NCBI GenBank assembly: GCA_031411295.1
Contig: JANOAV010000037.1
Location: 1 to 64,000, forward strand
DNA: 64,000 nucleotides
Direction: 5' to 3'
Origin: Verrucomicrobiales bacterium
Lineage (GTDB): Bacteria > Verrucomicrobiota > Verrucomicrobiia > Verrucomicrobiales > V1-33
Shown in pieces: positions 48,430 through 58,012 of this stretch. The position numbers were made by a program, and so were the translations under genes. The notes under the pieces are model-generated. The model worked only from the letters and a program-made list of their open reading frames with translations. It searched no databases and was not told where the DNA came from. Within the stretch, counting starts at the first letter, position 1; every line of letters begins with the position of its first letter.

Positions 48430-48616
48430 CGGGTGATTCCTCCGGGTTCTTCCCTGCAGGAGCCCATCCCCAGATCGGGATCGGCTTTTCCCGCTGGAGC
48501 ACCAGGCTGCTCTTGAAAATCCCATGAATCTTCAGGCTCTCGGAGGCACCGGCGGGGATGGTCGTCAACATCAGCAACAGGAGGAGAGCTCCCAGAGCGC
48601 AGATTTGAAATGTCAT
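48422..48616 (-). pseudogene. N-terminal remnant of a sialate O-acetylesterase
   Basis: Signal peptide + HGIFKSSLVLQREKPIPIWGWAPAG (typical SiaE-type N-terminus), then stops. Confidence 0.7.
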
Positions 48617-48685
48617 TTTCTTTATAGGTTGGGTATTAGTCTCACTCCCGAATGGGGCGTGATCGGCAATCGACAAGAAATGAAC

Positions 48686-50080
48686 CTATGCGAGGAACTG
48701 TTTGATGGCGCCTGCTTGATCCAACTTCAGGCGGGACATTTCGAGATCTAAGTCGCCATAGTGCTTGATCGGATTCCCGTGGGCATTGAGCAGGGTGGTA
48801 TACCAATTGCCGATCGTTTTGTGACCTTCAGTGCCGTGGTAGGGCAGGCGGATGTAGCGGCCGGCTAGGTGGAGATTGCAATTGTCTCCCGCCAGGATGA
48901 CGAAGGGTGCCTCGAAGCCCCAGCCGTGGTGGGTTTCACCACCTTCGGGGAAATACATGATCATCGTGTTGTCAAACATCGTGCCCTTGCCTTCGGGCTC
49001 TGCCTTGAGGCGCTCCACGATGCGGGCGACCTGACGCATGTGACCGATGCGGATGTTTTCGCGAATCTTGTCGGCGGGGACGCCGCCGTAACTTTCGTTG
49101 TGGCCGAGCGCGTGGATGGAGATGCGGTCCGCCTCATTGCCAGGCAGGCCTCGCACCGGCGTGGAAAGCTCGTCGATGGTGAAGGTGACCACGTTAGTCA
49201 GGCCGGTGATGAGGGCGGCAATGAGGATGTCCGTCATGGCCTGCTCTTTTTCCGGTGAAGAGGCGTTAGGGCCGCCATTGGCGTGGATCTTCCCAAGCTG
49301 GGGGATGTGCTTGGAAATGGAGCCAGCCATTTTCGAAAGCTTCAGGTTCCTTGCCTGGATGGCTTCGATGGAGCTGATGTGGCTGCTGAGTTTCTGTTTC
49401 TCGTAACCCTGGAGGACGCGCTCCTTGAAGGATTCCTCGCTTTCAAGAAAGTTGAGCATGGCGTTGTCGGAGTCCACGGAGGTGGGGTTGGTCACCGCGC
49501 GGAAGAGTTCGTTGAAGGCGGTCTGGGGATCTGCGTAGCAATAGTTCCTCTGGTGGGGGCCGGATGCGGAGTAGCCGGAGACGATGCCGGTGCGATACTT
49601 GGAATAGTCTCCCGTGAGCGAGAGTTCGATGTGTCCGAAGGGCGAGGGAAACAATTTCGCCAGCTCGAAATCAATCGTCGCGCGTTTGATGCCGCTCAGG
49701 GAGTTACGGTTGGATTTATATGCGCCCATCACGGAGGAGTAGGAATAGTGTCCGTTCTCGCTCATCATGCAGGAGAGTCCCTGCAGGAGGCAAAGGTTGG
49801 CCTTGTGCTTATCCAACGCCCGCAGATACGGGGGCAGTTCATGGTCACGGAGGTCCACTTCCAGCGACTGCTTCTTTTCCTCAAGGGCCTTGTCTTTGGC
49901 TGAGAGCGTGGGCAGGGCGACCTCGTTAGGGCGCTCACCGTTGGATTTACGAATGAAGATAAAACGCTTCGGCATGCCGGTTCCGGCGGCGGCGGCTCCG
50001 AAGGCCTTGAGACACGGTGTGAGGGAAAGGGCGCCTGCGCCCAGAGCCGTGGTTTTGAGAAAGTTTCTTCTGTTGTTCAT
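48686..50080 (-). CDS. DUF1552 domain protein (Tat signal), paralogue B
   Basis: NRRNFL; colinear and highly similar to 43923..45314. Confidence 0.85.
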   Translation of the reverse strand: MNNRRNFLKTTALGAGALSLTPCLKAFGAAAAGTGMPKRFIFIRKSNGERPNEVALPTLSAKDKALEEKKQSLEVDLRDHELPPYLRALDKHKANLCLLQGLSCMMSENGHYSYSSVMGAYKSNRNSLSGIKRATIDFELAKLFPSPFGHIELSLTGDYSKYRTGIVSGYSASGPHQRNYCYADPQTAFNELFRAVTNPTSVDSDNAMLNFLESEESFKERVLQGYEKQKLSSHISSIEAIQARNLKLSKMAGSISKHIPQLGKIHANGGPNASSPEKEQAMTDILIAALITGLTNVVTFTIDELSTPVRGLPGNEADRISIHALGHNESYGGVPADKIRENIRIGHMRQVARIVERLKAEPEGKGTMFDNTMIMYFPEGGETHHGWGFEAPFVILAGDNCNLHLAGRYIRLPYHGTEGHKTIGNWYTTLLNAHGNPIKHYGDLDLEMSRLKLDQAGAIKQFLA

Positions 50081-50084
50081 GGTG

Positions 50085-53000
50085 TTATTTGTTGATCGTG
50101 GCGGGTTTGCGGTAAATGAAGGAATCGGAAGTCAGGAGCGAGACGATGACGGCATCGAAGCTGCCTCCGCTTTGGAGATAAGCCTGATCGGCGTCCATCA
50201 AGGTCTTGGAATCAGAGAGGACCTCGTTGCGGCCCAGAAAATAGCGGAAGGCATGACGAATGATGGACTGGCGAACTTTGGTGGATTTTCCGAGGCGCTC
50301 GGCCAGATCCAATGCGTTGCTCAGATCACCGTCCAAGGCGGGATCACCAGTTCCCTCAAGTCGGCCGACGGCGTTTACCGGCAGGGTCTTGTAGAGGTCG
50401 CGCAGGTCGGCCTGTGGGGGGCCTTTTTCGGGCATTTTTTTGACAAGGTTATCCGGGTGCTCAAGGGATTCCTCGGTGCGGAAGCGGCCGAAATCGTCAT
50501 ACATTTCAAAAGTGGTTCCGAGCGGGTTCATGCGCTCATGACATTTCCAACAGTATTCGGCCTGGGTAACTTTATCAAGACGCTGGCGCAGGGTCTTATG
50601 GTGGTCCTCAGGAATCACTGCATCCACGGTGACCGGGACGTCGGGAATGGTGCCGGCCAGCAGTTTTTCCCGGACCCATTTGCCGCGGCGGATCGGGTCG
50701 GTGGCAGTGTTTCCGGCAAACGCGATGAGCCAGGCGGGGTGGGTGAGCATTCCCTTGCGGTGCTCCATTTTGGCGGGCTGGGTGGCGGGGTAGTTCCAGT
50801 TGGTCATGTCGAGGTTGAAGCTTTTTGCCACCTCGGAGCCTCCGAGATTTTTGCCAGTGCGAGTCTTCGCAGCGCTGGGAACTCCAAAGACCGATGAGAA
50901 TGGTGCGGTGACCGTGGGCCCTTTGCCAAGCCGTTGCGTGTAGTCAGTCATCATCCCTTGGAAGATCTTCACTTGATCCGAGCGGCCTCCGACTTTGCCG
51001 ATCGCGTCGAGATTCAGGCCGGGCATGGGATTTTCTTTCAAGAAGGGAATATGGGGCTTCAACTTTTCCGCATCGAAGCTCTGCCAGTCTTTGTCCTTAA
51101 AGTATTCATAGATTTTGCGGATGAGTTCTGTCGCGGTGGTCATCTTCGCATTGTCACCACTGTGATAAACGAAAAACTCCTCCGTGGTTAGGAGGTGTTC
51201 CAAGACATGCTGATCATTTTTAACGATGAGCTCCACCAGCATGTCCGCTTCGCTAACGATCTGCCCGGCAGTATTGACGTAATTGCCGCCGAAACGCTTG
51301 TTGTCTTTGAAAATGGCAAGCATGCTGGGATAGCCGAAAAACTCGCGGAAGAAGCGCAGCTTGCGAATGGGGAGGTTGGTAAAACTGTCGCTCCCTAATT
51401 TCTCCACAGCCTCATCCACCACATAATACTGGCTGCGAACCTGGAGCATCCGTTCCACTTCGCGGCGGTAGTCTTCCCGCGTGTTCAGCTTCCCGCTGCT
51501 GGCAGCGGTCGCGAGTTCTTTGTCGGGACTGCTGTCGGTGAGCGCATAGGCCAGCGCGTAGCTGGCATCCCGGGGCGAGAGCATTTTCCGCCCGTGCTCG
51601 TCCGCAGTTCTTTCTCCGAACTCCTGACGATAAACGAAGTCGGTTCGGAGAATGAGGGTCTGAATGAGCTTGTCGATTGCCAGTTCGTTGCCGATTTTCT
51701 GAAAATAAGACTTTGTTAGAGTGGTGTATTCGGCCTTTTCCTGCGAGGTCGGAGCGCGCTCAATGATTTTGGTGAAAAGCTGATCCACCAGCTTATCAAT
51801 GGCCTCGTCAGTCGTCTTCGTCTTTTCGCGCTCACCGCGGAATCCGTCGCTCCACTCGCTGACGCATTTCGCGATCACCGCGCTATAGGTGTCCCCGGCT
51901 TGCCGGTGTTTCAGCAGGGCGGTGCGCATCACGGCCAGTTCGGCATCGGCGGGAGGCTTGGGCGTGGCGGTGTTCGGCTGCGGTTGGCGCTTGAGCAGGT
52001 CCTCCAGGTAGCCGTGCATGAAGGCGATCCGCGTCTGGATGGTCCGCTCGTTGACGCCAAATTGGAACCAATCCCGTTCGCATTTGATGATCAGGGCGTC
52101 CTCGCTTTCCCCGTCTTTGAAGTTCCGGCGGAGGATGGCCCAAATCTCACTCAACTCATCATTGGAGGGTTTGGCCGTATCAAAGACCGGCTTTTTGAGC
52201 GGCTTGCCGTCGGGACCCTTGGCTACGGGCGGAGCTTCCCATTTCGAGGCGACAAACTTGGGCAGCAATGTCTCGTGCTTTTCTTTGAAGAGGTCGCGCA
52301 GCAACTGCTCAATGTTCGTATTCAGGTAAGTCTCGCGCGCCACCAGCGTCTTTTCATGCTCCCATTCCGGTGCCATGATCGCAGTCAACGCCGGCAGATA
52401 GGTCTTCTTTTTCGCGAGCGAGATGAGATACGCCGACACCTCCTTGGCATTGGTGATCATCGTGAGGAGATGCCCGCCATCCAGCGTCGTCGTGTCGTAG
52501 TAGCGGACGCCACTGTGGGTGGGTAAAAGAAACGGGTTGGTGAGATTTACCCGCACACCGTTCCTGCCGTTGTCTCCGATGACCTGTTGCCGTTTGCCGT
52601 CAATGTCGCGTTGGCCGACATAATCCAGCAGCTTGTTAAACTTCGCATCAAAAATGAATTCACTGATTAACCAGCGTCGGTCCGGAGTGAAGCCGGGGAG
52701 ATCTTTGTATTTGCCGGAGAATAGTTTATTGTAATCGACCACGTTGCCATATTCCGGCATGCGCAGTTTGTCTTCGAGCTTGGAGGCGTTATGCGCCCGC
52801 AATTCCTTCCCAACCCATTCTGTCAGCACCCCCCGCTCGGCTTCGGAGGGTTGGGTTTTCTTTTTCGGCGGCATTTCACCCAGGAAGATCTGCTCCTGCG
52901 CGCGGTTCAGTAGATCGAGTCGCGCCTCCAGGGTGAGGCTTGGCAAATTATCCAACCTAACTTCGCCCTTCTGCGCGTCAGCATCATGGCAGTCATAGCA

Positions 53001-53123
53001 GTAGGTGCGCAGGAGTCCCTGAACAGGTTGGGGAGTCGCGAGGGCATTAGGGCTCTCGCCAGCGCCCAAAGCAGAGGCAATCGCAGTGAAGACCAGGATG
53101 ACTGAAGCGGGCAGGAGTTTCAA
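50085..53123 (-). CDS. DUF1588-containing c-type cytochrome protein, paralogue B
   Basis: CYDCH; RKGMLTHPAWL...CWKCH; colinear with 45319..48429. Confidence 0.85.
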   Translation of the reverse strand: MKLLPASVILVFTAIASALGAGESPNALATPQPVQGLLRTYCYDCHDADAQKGEVRLDNLPSLTLEARLDLLNRAQEQIFLGEMPPKKKTQPSEAERGVLTEWVGKELRAHNASKLEDKLRMPEYGNVVDYNKLFSGKYKDLPGFTPDRRWLISEFIFDAKFNKLLDYVGQRDIDGKRQQVIGDNGRNGVRVNLTNPFLLPTHSGVRYYDTTTLDGGHLLTMITNAKEVSAYLISLAKKKTYLPALTAIMAPEWEHEKTLVARETYLNTNIEQLLRDLFKEKHETLLPKFVASKWEAPPVAKGPDGKPLKKPVFDTAKPSNDELSEIWAILRRNFKDGESEDALIIKCERDWFQFGVNERTIQTRIAFMHGYLEDLLKRQPQPNTATPKPPADAELAVMRTALLKHRQAGDTYSAVIAKCVSEWSDGFRGEREKTKTTDEAIDKLVDQLFTKIIERAPTSQEKAEYTTLTKSYFQKIGNELAIDKLIQTLILRTDFVYRQEFGERTADEHGRKMLSPRDASYALAYALTDSSPDKELATAASSGKLNTREDYRREVERMLQVRSQYYVVDEAVEKLGSDSFTNLPIRKLRFFREFFGYPSMLAIFKDNKRFGGNYVNTAGQIVSEADMLVELIVKNDQHVLEHLLTTEEFFVYHSGDNAKMTTATELIRKIYEYFKDKDWQSFDAEKLKPHIPFLKENPMPGLNLDAIGKVGGRSDQVKIFQGMMTDYTQRLGKGPTVTAPFSSVFGVPSAAKTRTGKNLGGSEVAKSFNLDMTNWNYPATQPAKMEHRKGMLTHPAWLIAFAGNTATDPIRRGKWVREKLLAGTIPDVPVTVDAVIPEDHHKTLRQRLDKVTQAEYCWKCHERMNPLGTTFEMYDDFGRFRTEESLEHPDNLVKKMPEKGPPQADLRDLYKTLPVNAVGRLEGTGDPALDGDLSNALDLAERLGKSTKVRQSIIRHAFRYFLGRNEVLSDSKTLMDADQAYLQSGGSFDAVIVSLLTSDSFIYRKPATINK

Positions 53124-53860
53124 TTTTTGACAGCTGTTTTGACGGATGGAAATCCAGGTAGTGGGCCCCAGATTTCAGCGAGCAGCGCGAAGATTTCCGG
53201 CTCAGCCTCCATGAGTTCACCGGTCACGAAGGGGTAAAAATCATTCGAGCCGAAGTAAGCTTCCGTCATTTCGGCAAAGAACTCCTTTTGGTCTGTCAGC
53301 CCATAGTGTTCGCGCATTTTGCCAAGGCTGGTGCGGACAGACTTGTATTTCCCGCTCTGGCAGAATTTCTTCCAAGCCGCAGTCACGCGGGCATCCTCGA
53401 AACCAATCGTTTGATCATGAAAGCCATGGGCAAGTTCGTGCAGCACCACCCAGGGCATGCGAAGATTTTCTTCAGGGGAAAGGAAATCTTCCACATTCGG
53501 AATGTGAACGCACTTCGCCAGCTTCTCGCTATAACCCTTCTCCTTGAGCCAGTCGGCGTCGGGATGATACTGCATGCCGTCCAGGGCACCATAGTTCAGA
53601 TCGAGTTCGATGGGGATCGCCCGTAACTTTGCGAGCGATTTTTCAGGCACGACGGTGGTGATCGCGACGAGGCGTGCCTGCAGCAGTTTCAGTGCGCGTT
53701 CACCCACCGCCGCACTTTCCCCGTGCAGCAGGCGATCATCCACGCGCACGGTCCAGCCTTCGATGTTGCGGATGGTATGAGCCGTCGGCAGCGGAGTTTT
53801 GTCCGCCGCAAACAGGGCGACCGCCAGTAGGGTGAGGAGGGAGGTGAGAATAGATTTCAT
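53120..53860 (-). CDS. secreted zinc metallopeptidase-like protein
   Basis: Signal peptide, LHELAH, EFFAEMTEAYF. Confidence 0.82.
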   Translation of the reverse strand: MKSILTSLLTLLAVALFAADKTPLPTAHTIRNIEGWTVRVDDRLLHGESAAVGERALKLLQARLVAITTVVPEKSLAKLRAIPIELDLNYGALDGMQYHPDADWLKEKGYSEKLAKCVHIPNVEDFLSPEENLRMPWVVLHELAHGFHDQTIGFEDARVTAAWKKFCQSGKYKSVRTSLGKMREHYGLTDQKEFFAEMTEAYFGSNDFYPFVTGELMEAEPEIFALLAEIWGPLPGFPSVKTAVKN

Positions 53861-53920
53861 GGTTGGATCAGCGGCAACGATTGCCTGAGGCATTCCGCTG
53901 ACAGCAGAGTCAAAGTTAGC

Positions 53921-54655
53921 TTAAGGCTTCGCAAGTTTCAGATACTCGACGGCGTAGCGCTGGCCGAACTTGCGGGCATCGGGAGCATCGAAGTGGAGGG
54001 CTTTTTTTCCTAATCCATCCGCGCTGACCAAGCCGCAGAGGGGGATCTTTTTCGATGCGACGGCCAGCGATTCATTGATGGAGTCGTTGGTTTTATAACC
54101 GTGAATCAATTCGCCCAGCACCACCGGAACCTGCTCTGCCTGAAGCTCCTTGCGCAATTGGCCGATCATGACATCAAGCCGCTCCGCATAGCTTGCTACC
54201 TTATCCGGGCTGCCACTATCGGATTCGCCCTGATGCCAGAGGATGCCAGCGAGCTTGCCGTGCTTCATGGCTTCCTTGGTGCGAGCAACGGCCGCGTTGT
54301 TGAGAGCACCTCCCTGCTTCCACTGATCCAAGCTGGTGCTGCCGACCGCACAGGGGATAAGTCCGATGGATGCATTCGGATTGGCCTTAAGGATCTCCCG
54401 CGCAAACTCCGAGCCGGGGCCGACTCCGGCAGCCCCCGGTTTGTCGAAGTGCAGCGGGTCCTTGGCAGGCACCCATTGCAGATCCTTGGTGAGCATAAAG
54501 ATATGGGGATTCGCCACCTGATCCTGCGGCTCGACCTTGCCGCGTCCTGCCATGTTGGACTGTCCGATCAGTAAGTAAAGTTTCATCTGCGCTGGCGCGG
54601 GATCAGCGAAAGCGGGGAGGCACATTAGGGCGAGCAGAAGCAGCGCGAATTTCAT
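53921..54655 (-). CDS. sialate O-acetylesterase-like (SASA/CE6) protein
   Basis: LLIGQSNMAGRG, GLIPCAVG, LWHQGESD, LHF. Confidence 0.9.
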   Translation of the reverse strand: MKFALLLLALMCLPAFADPAPAQMKLYLLIGQSNMAGRGKVEPQDQVANPHIFMLTKDLQWVPAKDPLHFDKPGAAGVGPGSEFAREILKANPNASIGLIPCAVGSTSLDQWKQGGALNNAAVARTKEAMKHGKLAGILWHQGESDSGSPDKVASYAERLDVMIGQLRKELQAEQVPVVLGELIHGYKTNDSINESLAVASKKIPLCGLVSADGLGKKALHFDAPDARKFGQRYAVEYLKLAKP

Positions 54656-54939
54656 GGAATAGGAAGGGTTGGCAGGCGACGAGTCGGATCGCTGGATTGC
54701 GGGCAAGTTATGCGTCAGAAGTTGAATCGTCCAGGGCTGATGGTGGTGGAATCAATCCCGAAGTGACTACAAGAGGTATTCGCGTTCATAATGGGTGAAT
54801 TCAAAAGAATGCGGAGCAGCCCGCTGGGCTGATCTGGAAAAGTTGAGTATTCCACTTGATGGGCCCTCCTTATGAAAGCAGTCCAGCGGACTGCTTACAC
54901 ATTCGCTCGAAATCACCTGTTTCCCAAATCCCACGGATG

Positions 54940-55812
54940 CTAAGTTGGGCTGGCGACCAAGCGGGCCGCCGCGCGTTCCCGCCTGACGGTGGACCAGGCT
55001 TCGGTAATCTCCGCCCCGGTTAGCAAAATGATGGCCGAATAATAAACCCACATCAGGAAAACCATGAGTGAGCCCGCGGCCCCATAAGTGCTAGTGAACG
55101 TTTCTCGTCCCAGATACCAACTCAGCGCCAGTTTGCCAGCTTCGAATAAGATACCGGTGAACAGGGCTCCGGCCCAGACGTCTTTCCAGGGAAATTTTAC
55201 GTGGGTCAGGCCGCGAAAGACGAGCGCAAACAGGATGACTTCCAGCAGGGCGCTGGAGGCCACGCCAGTCCAAGCCCAGACGTCCACCGGAAGTTCCAGC
55301 ATACCACCAAGCCAGCCATGCAGCGCATGAAACAAGGTGCCGAGCACGAGGGAGGTCATCAGCAGGAAGCCAATCACCAAGACCATTCCCAGCGAGAGCA
55401 GGCGCACGCGGATCAGGTGCTTCCAGCCGGAAATTTTCTTCGCTGGAGCGGGCGTGGATTCGTGCCAGATCGTGTTCAGGCAGGAGGTGAGTTCGGTAAA
55501 TAAACTGGTGGCTCCAAAAACGAGCGTCGCAATGCCGATGATGGTAGCCCACATGCTGTGTTGCGGATGCGCTGCGCTTTCGATCATGCTGTCGATGGTG
55601 GCGGCGGCATTGGGTCCAATGGTGCTGAAGAGTTGCTTGTCCAATTCGACGCGCACCGCTTCCTTGCTAAAAACCGCGCCCGCAATCGACGTGGCCAGCA
55701 TTAGCAACGGAGCGATGGAGAACATGGCGTAGTAAGCCAGCGCAGCCGCCAGCCGAGGCACGTCATCCGCCAGCCAACCGTTCACGGCTTTGGAGAAGAC
55801 CTGCAGGACCAT
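54940..55812 (-). CDS. YihY/virulence factor BrkB family membrane protein
   Basis: AAALAYYAMFSIAP, YGAAGS, WVYYSA...GAE. Confidence 0.92.
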   Translation of the reverse strand: MVLQVFSKAVNGWLADDVPRLAAALAYYAMFSIAPLLMLATSIAGAVFSKEAVRVELDKQLFSTIGPNAAATIDSMIESAAHPQHSMWATIIGIATLVFGATSLFTELTSCLNTIWHESTPAPAKKISGWKHLIRVRLLSLGMVLVIGFLLMTSLVLGTLFHALHGWLGGMLELPVDVWAWTGVASSALLEVILFALVFRGLTHVKFPWKDVWAGALFTGILFEAGKLALSWYLGRETFTSTYGAAGSLMVFLMWVYYSAIILLTGAEITEAWSTVRRERAAARLVASPT

Positions 55813-55867
55813 CAGGCGTTTTGTGATTTTGGCAGGGAGCGTGGAAATAAGCCTGACTATAAAAAAG

Positions 55868-56356
55868 TTACGATTGCAGCACCACCTTGATTTTCCCTGC
55901 CTTCATGCCGGCACCGGGCAGCGCATCGGATAGCGTGGTCATGGGGACTGGCGGGGCGGTTGGCGTTGGTGGGGTGGGTGCTAGATTCCCGGAGTCGGCC
56001 TCCAAGGCGGCTCGCAGGGCTCCTTCCACCATTTGACCACAATGAATTTTCATGGGCGGCAGCGCGCCCATGGGGCCATTGAGATCCTCGGCGGTCAGTT
56101 GCCGGGCTTCTTCCAGCGATTTTCCCTTCAGTAATTCCGTCGCCACACTGGCGACGGCTATGGCGGTCTGACAGCCGAAACTCTGGAAGCTGGCCCGATC
56201 GATCACCTTCTGCCCGTCTTTATCTGTAAATTTTAACCACAAGCGCACCATGTCGCCACAGTCAGCGCTGCCCATCGTGCCCACGGCATCGGCGTCCGTC
56301 ATTTCGCCCATGTTCTGGGGATTCGCGATCGCATCGCGCATAATTTCTTCGTTCAT
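55868..56356 (-). CDS. IscU/NifU-N-like Fe-S scaffold protein
   Basis: NPQNMG, CGD, FGCQTAIA, KIHC. Confidence 0.9.
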   Translation of the reverse strand: MNEEIMRDAIANPQNMGEMTDADAVGTMGSADCGDMVRLWLKFTDKDGQKVIDRASFQSFGCQTAIAVASVATELLKGKSLEEARQLTAEDLNGPMGALPPMKIHCGQMVEGALRAALEADSGNLAPTPPTPTAPPVPMTTLSDALPGAGMKAGKIKVVLQS

Positions 56357-56387
56357 TTTTTGCTTTCTCTTTTATTTTCTAACTCAC

Positions 56388-56948
56388 TCACTCCATCTCC
56401 AAATTGTAGCGCGGCACGGACTGGTCGATGTCGCAGCTCCAGGCGTCGATCCCGCCCGCCAGGCATTTGGTATTCGTGAACCCGTGACCGATGAAGTAGG
56501 CGGCCAGATCCAGGCTGCGATCTCCCTTGTGGCAGTAGAGCACGAGGGCCGTGTCCTTGGCGGCGGTGGCGAAGAGTTGCTGCATCAGTTCCTGCGTCAT
56601 GAAAGTATCGCCCGCCAGATGCACGGCCTCGTGTTCCTCCCGGCTGCGGACGTCCAGGAGTTGTGGCGGGGTCTGGGTTTGCATCATTTCCGCCAGCGCT
56701 GGCGGGGATAGTTGCATCTGGGCATCGTTATCCCGACTGGCCTCCAAGTGGGCCACCACCAGGGTGGGATCCAGTTGCTCGTTGCGCTCACAGACTTGGG
56801 CCAACGTCTCGGTATCGGCAAAGCCACAACTGCGGCAGCCGCCGATGTGGTATTTGGCAAAGAGGGCGCGTCGAGCCCCGGCATACGTGGCAAGCACGTC
56901 GGCCATGGTCATGTCGGGGGTGATTTTAGGTGGGAGTAGAGCGGACAT
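56388..56948 (-). CDS. rhodanese-domain protein with N-terminal Cys-containing domain
   Basis: HIGGCRSCG; LLDVR, YCHKGDRS, LAGGIDAWS. Confidence 0.85.
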   Translation of the reverse strand: MSALLPPKITPDMTMADVLATYAGARRALFAKYHIGGCRSCGFADTETLAQVCERNEQLDPTLVVAHLEASRDNDAQMQLSPPALAEMMQTQTPPQLLDVRSREEHEAVHLAGDTFMTQELMQQLFATAAKDTALVLYCHKGDRSLDLAAYFIGHGFTNTKCLAGGIDAWSCDIDQSVPRYNLEME

Positions 56949-57044
56949 TGGGAAAAGAGAATCTGCTAAAAAGGGACTTTCCAATCAGCGGAGAGAACCT
57001 AGGATAATTCGCAATCTCAAAACCGAAATCGAAAATATCATCCG

Positions 57045-57899
57045 ATGGCAGCTCCTTCCAACTCTCCCAAAATCTATCTTTGGCCCAATCTCATGACGGC
57101 CGGGAACCTGTTCTGTGGATTCTGTGCCATCATGAACATCCTGACTTACTGGATGGAGGAAGGTAAAGCCACTAGCGTTCCCACCTACGCCCACTATTAC
57201 TGGGCCATCGGCTTGATTCTCGGGGCCTGCCTGTTCGACGCGCTGGATGGCCGCATTGCGCGCATGGTCGGGGAGGAATCGCCCTTCGGACGTGAGTTCG
57301 ACTCACTGGCCGATACGGTTTCCTTCGGGGTTGCTCCAGCCTTGTTAGTGCACGATGTCGTGCTGCGGGATATCAAAGGGGACCACATCGGGTGGTTCAT
57401 TTCCTTCTTCTACCTGCTCTGCGGCACCATGCGCTTGGCACGATTCAATTGCACTGCTGCGGCTGGTCCTAGTGCTGGGGCCTCCAAGGATTTCCAAGGG
57501 TGTCCCATTCCTGCGGCCGCGGGTGTCATCAGTTCGCTGACATTGCTGCTACTTGATCTTTATGAGAAAGAACAGCAAATCGGAGCCTGGAAATATGCCC
57601 TCGTGGTGGTCATGATTATCCTCAGCCTGTTGATGTTCAGCAGCGTGCCCTACCCAAGCTTCAAGGGCCTCGGTTGGAAAACCAAGCGTTCCTTCCCCTG
57701 GGTTCTCGGAGCCATGCTCGTGCTCATGCTGGTCGTGTGGAAACCCAAAATCATGTTCCCCACCCTCTTCCTGGGGTATCTTTTCTACGGACTCATTCGC
57801 CCATGGGTCTCCAAGCGCTGGATCAAGGAGATCGAGGAAGATGAAGACGAGGAGGAGGTGCAACCCGCCGGACCGACTTCGGGTAATCCCTTGCCGTAG
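57045..57899 (+). CDS. pssA: CDP-diacylglycerol--serine O-phosphatidyltransferase
   Basis: PNLMT, DALDGRIAR...FGREFDSLAD, RLARFN, FQGCPIP. Confidence 0.92.
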   Translation: MAAPSNSPKIYLWPNLMTAGNLFCGFCAIMNILTYWMEEGKATSVPTYAHYYWAIGLILGACLFDALDGRIARMVGEESPFGREFDSLADTVSFGVAPALLVHDVVLRDIKGDHIGWFISFFYLLCGTMRLARFNCTAAAGPSAGASKDFQGCPIPAAAGVISSLTLLLLDLYEKEQQIGAWKYALVVVMIILSLLMFSSVPYPSFKGLGWKTKRSFPWVLGAMLVLMLVVWKPKIMFPTLFLGYLFYGLIRPWVSKRWIKEIEEDEDEEEVQPAGPTSGNPLP

Positions 57900-58012
57900 G
57901 CGCATCACGCTGAGACGCGTTGGCAGGAAAAAGTTCGCAACCTTGCCGCCCGTGAGCGGTTCAAGCATTGAAGCGATTTCTTCAGTCGTCTTCCAATACT
58001 ATTGATTGAGCC

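Noticed and set aside
48430..48525. N-terminal extension of DUF1588 paralogue A
   Set aside because: It overlaps the esterase remnant in another frame. The signal peptide starts at 48429.
49767..50897. 376-aa plus-strand ORF (and similar long antisense ORFs such as 16713-17738, 4955-5929, 60060-60890)
   Set aside because: Shadow ORFs opposite well-supported genes in GC-rich DNA, with no motifs.
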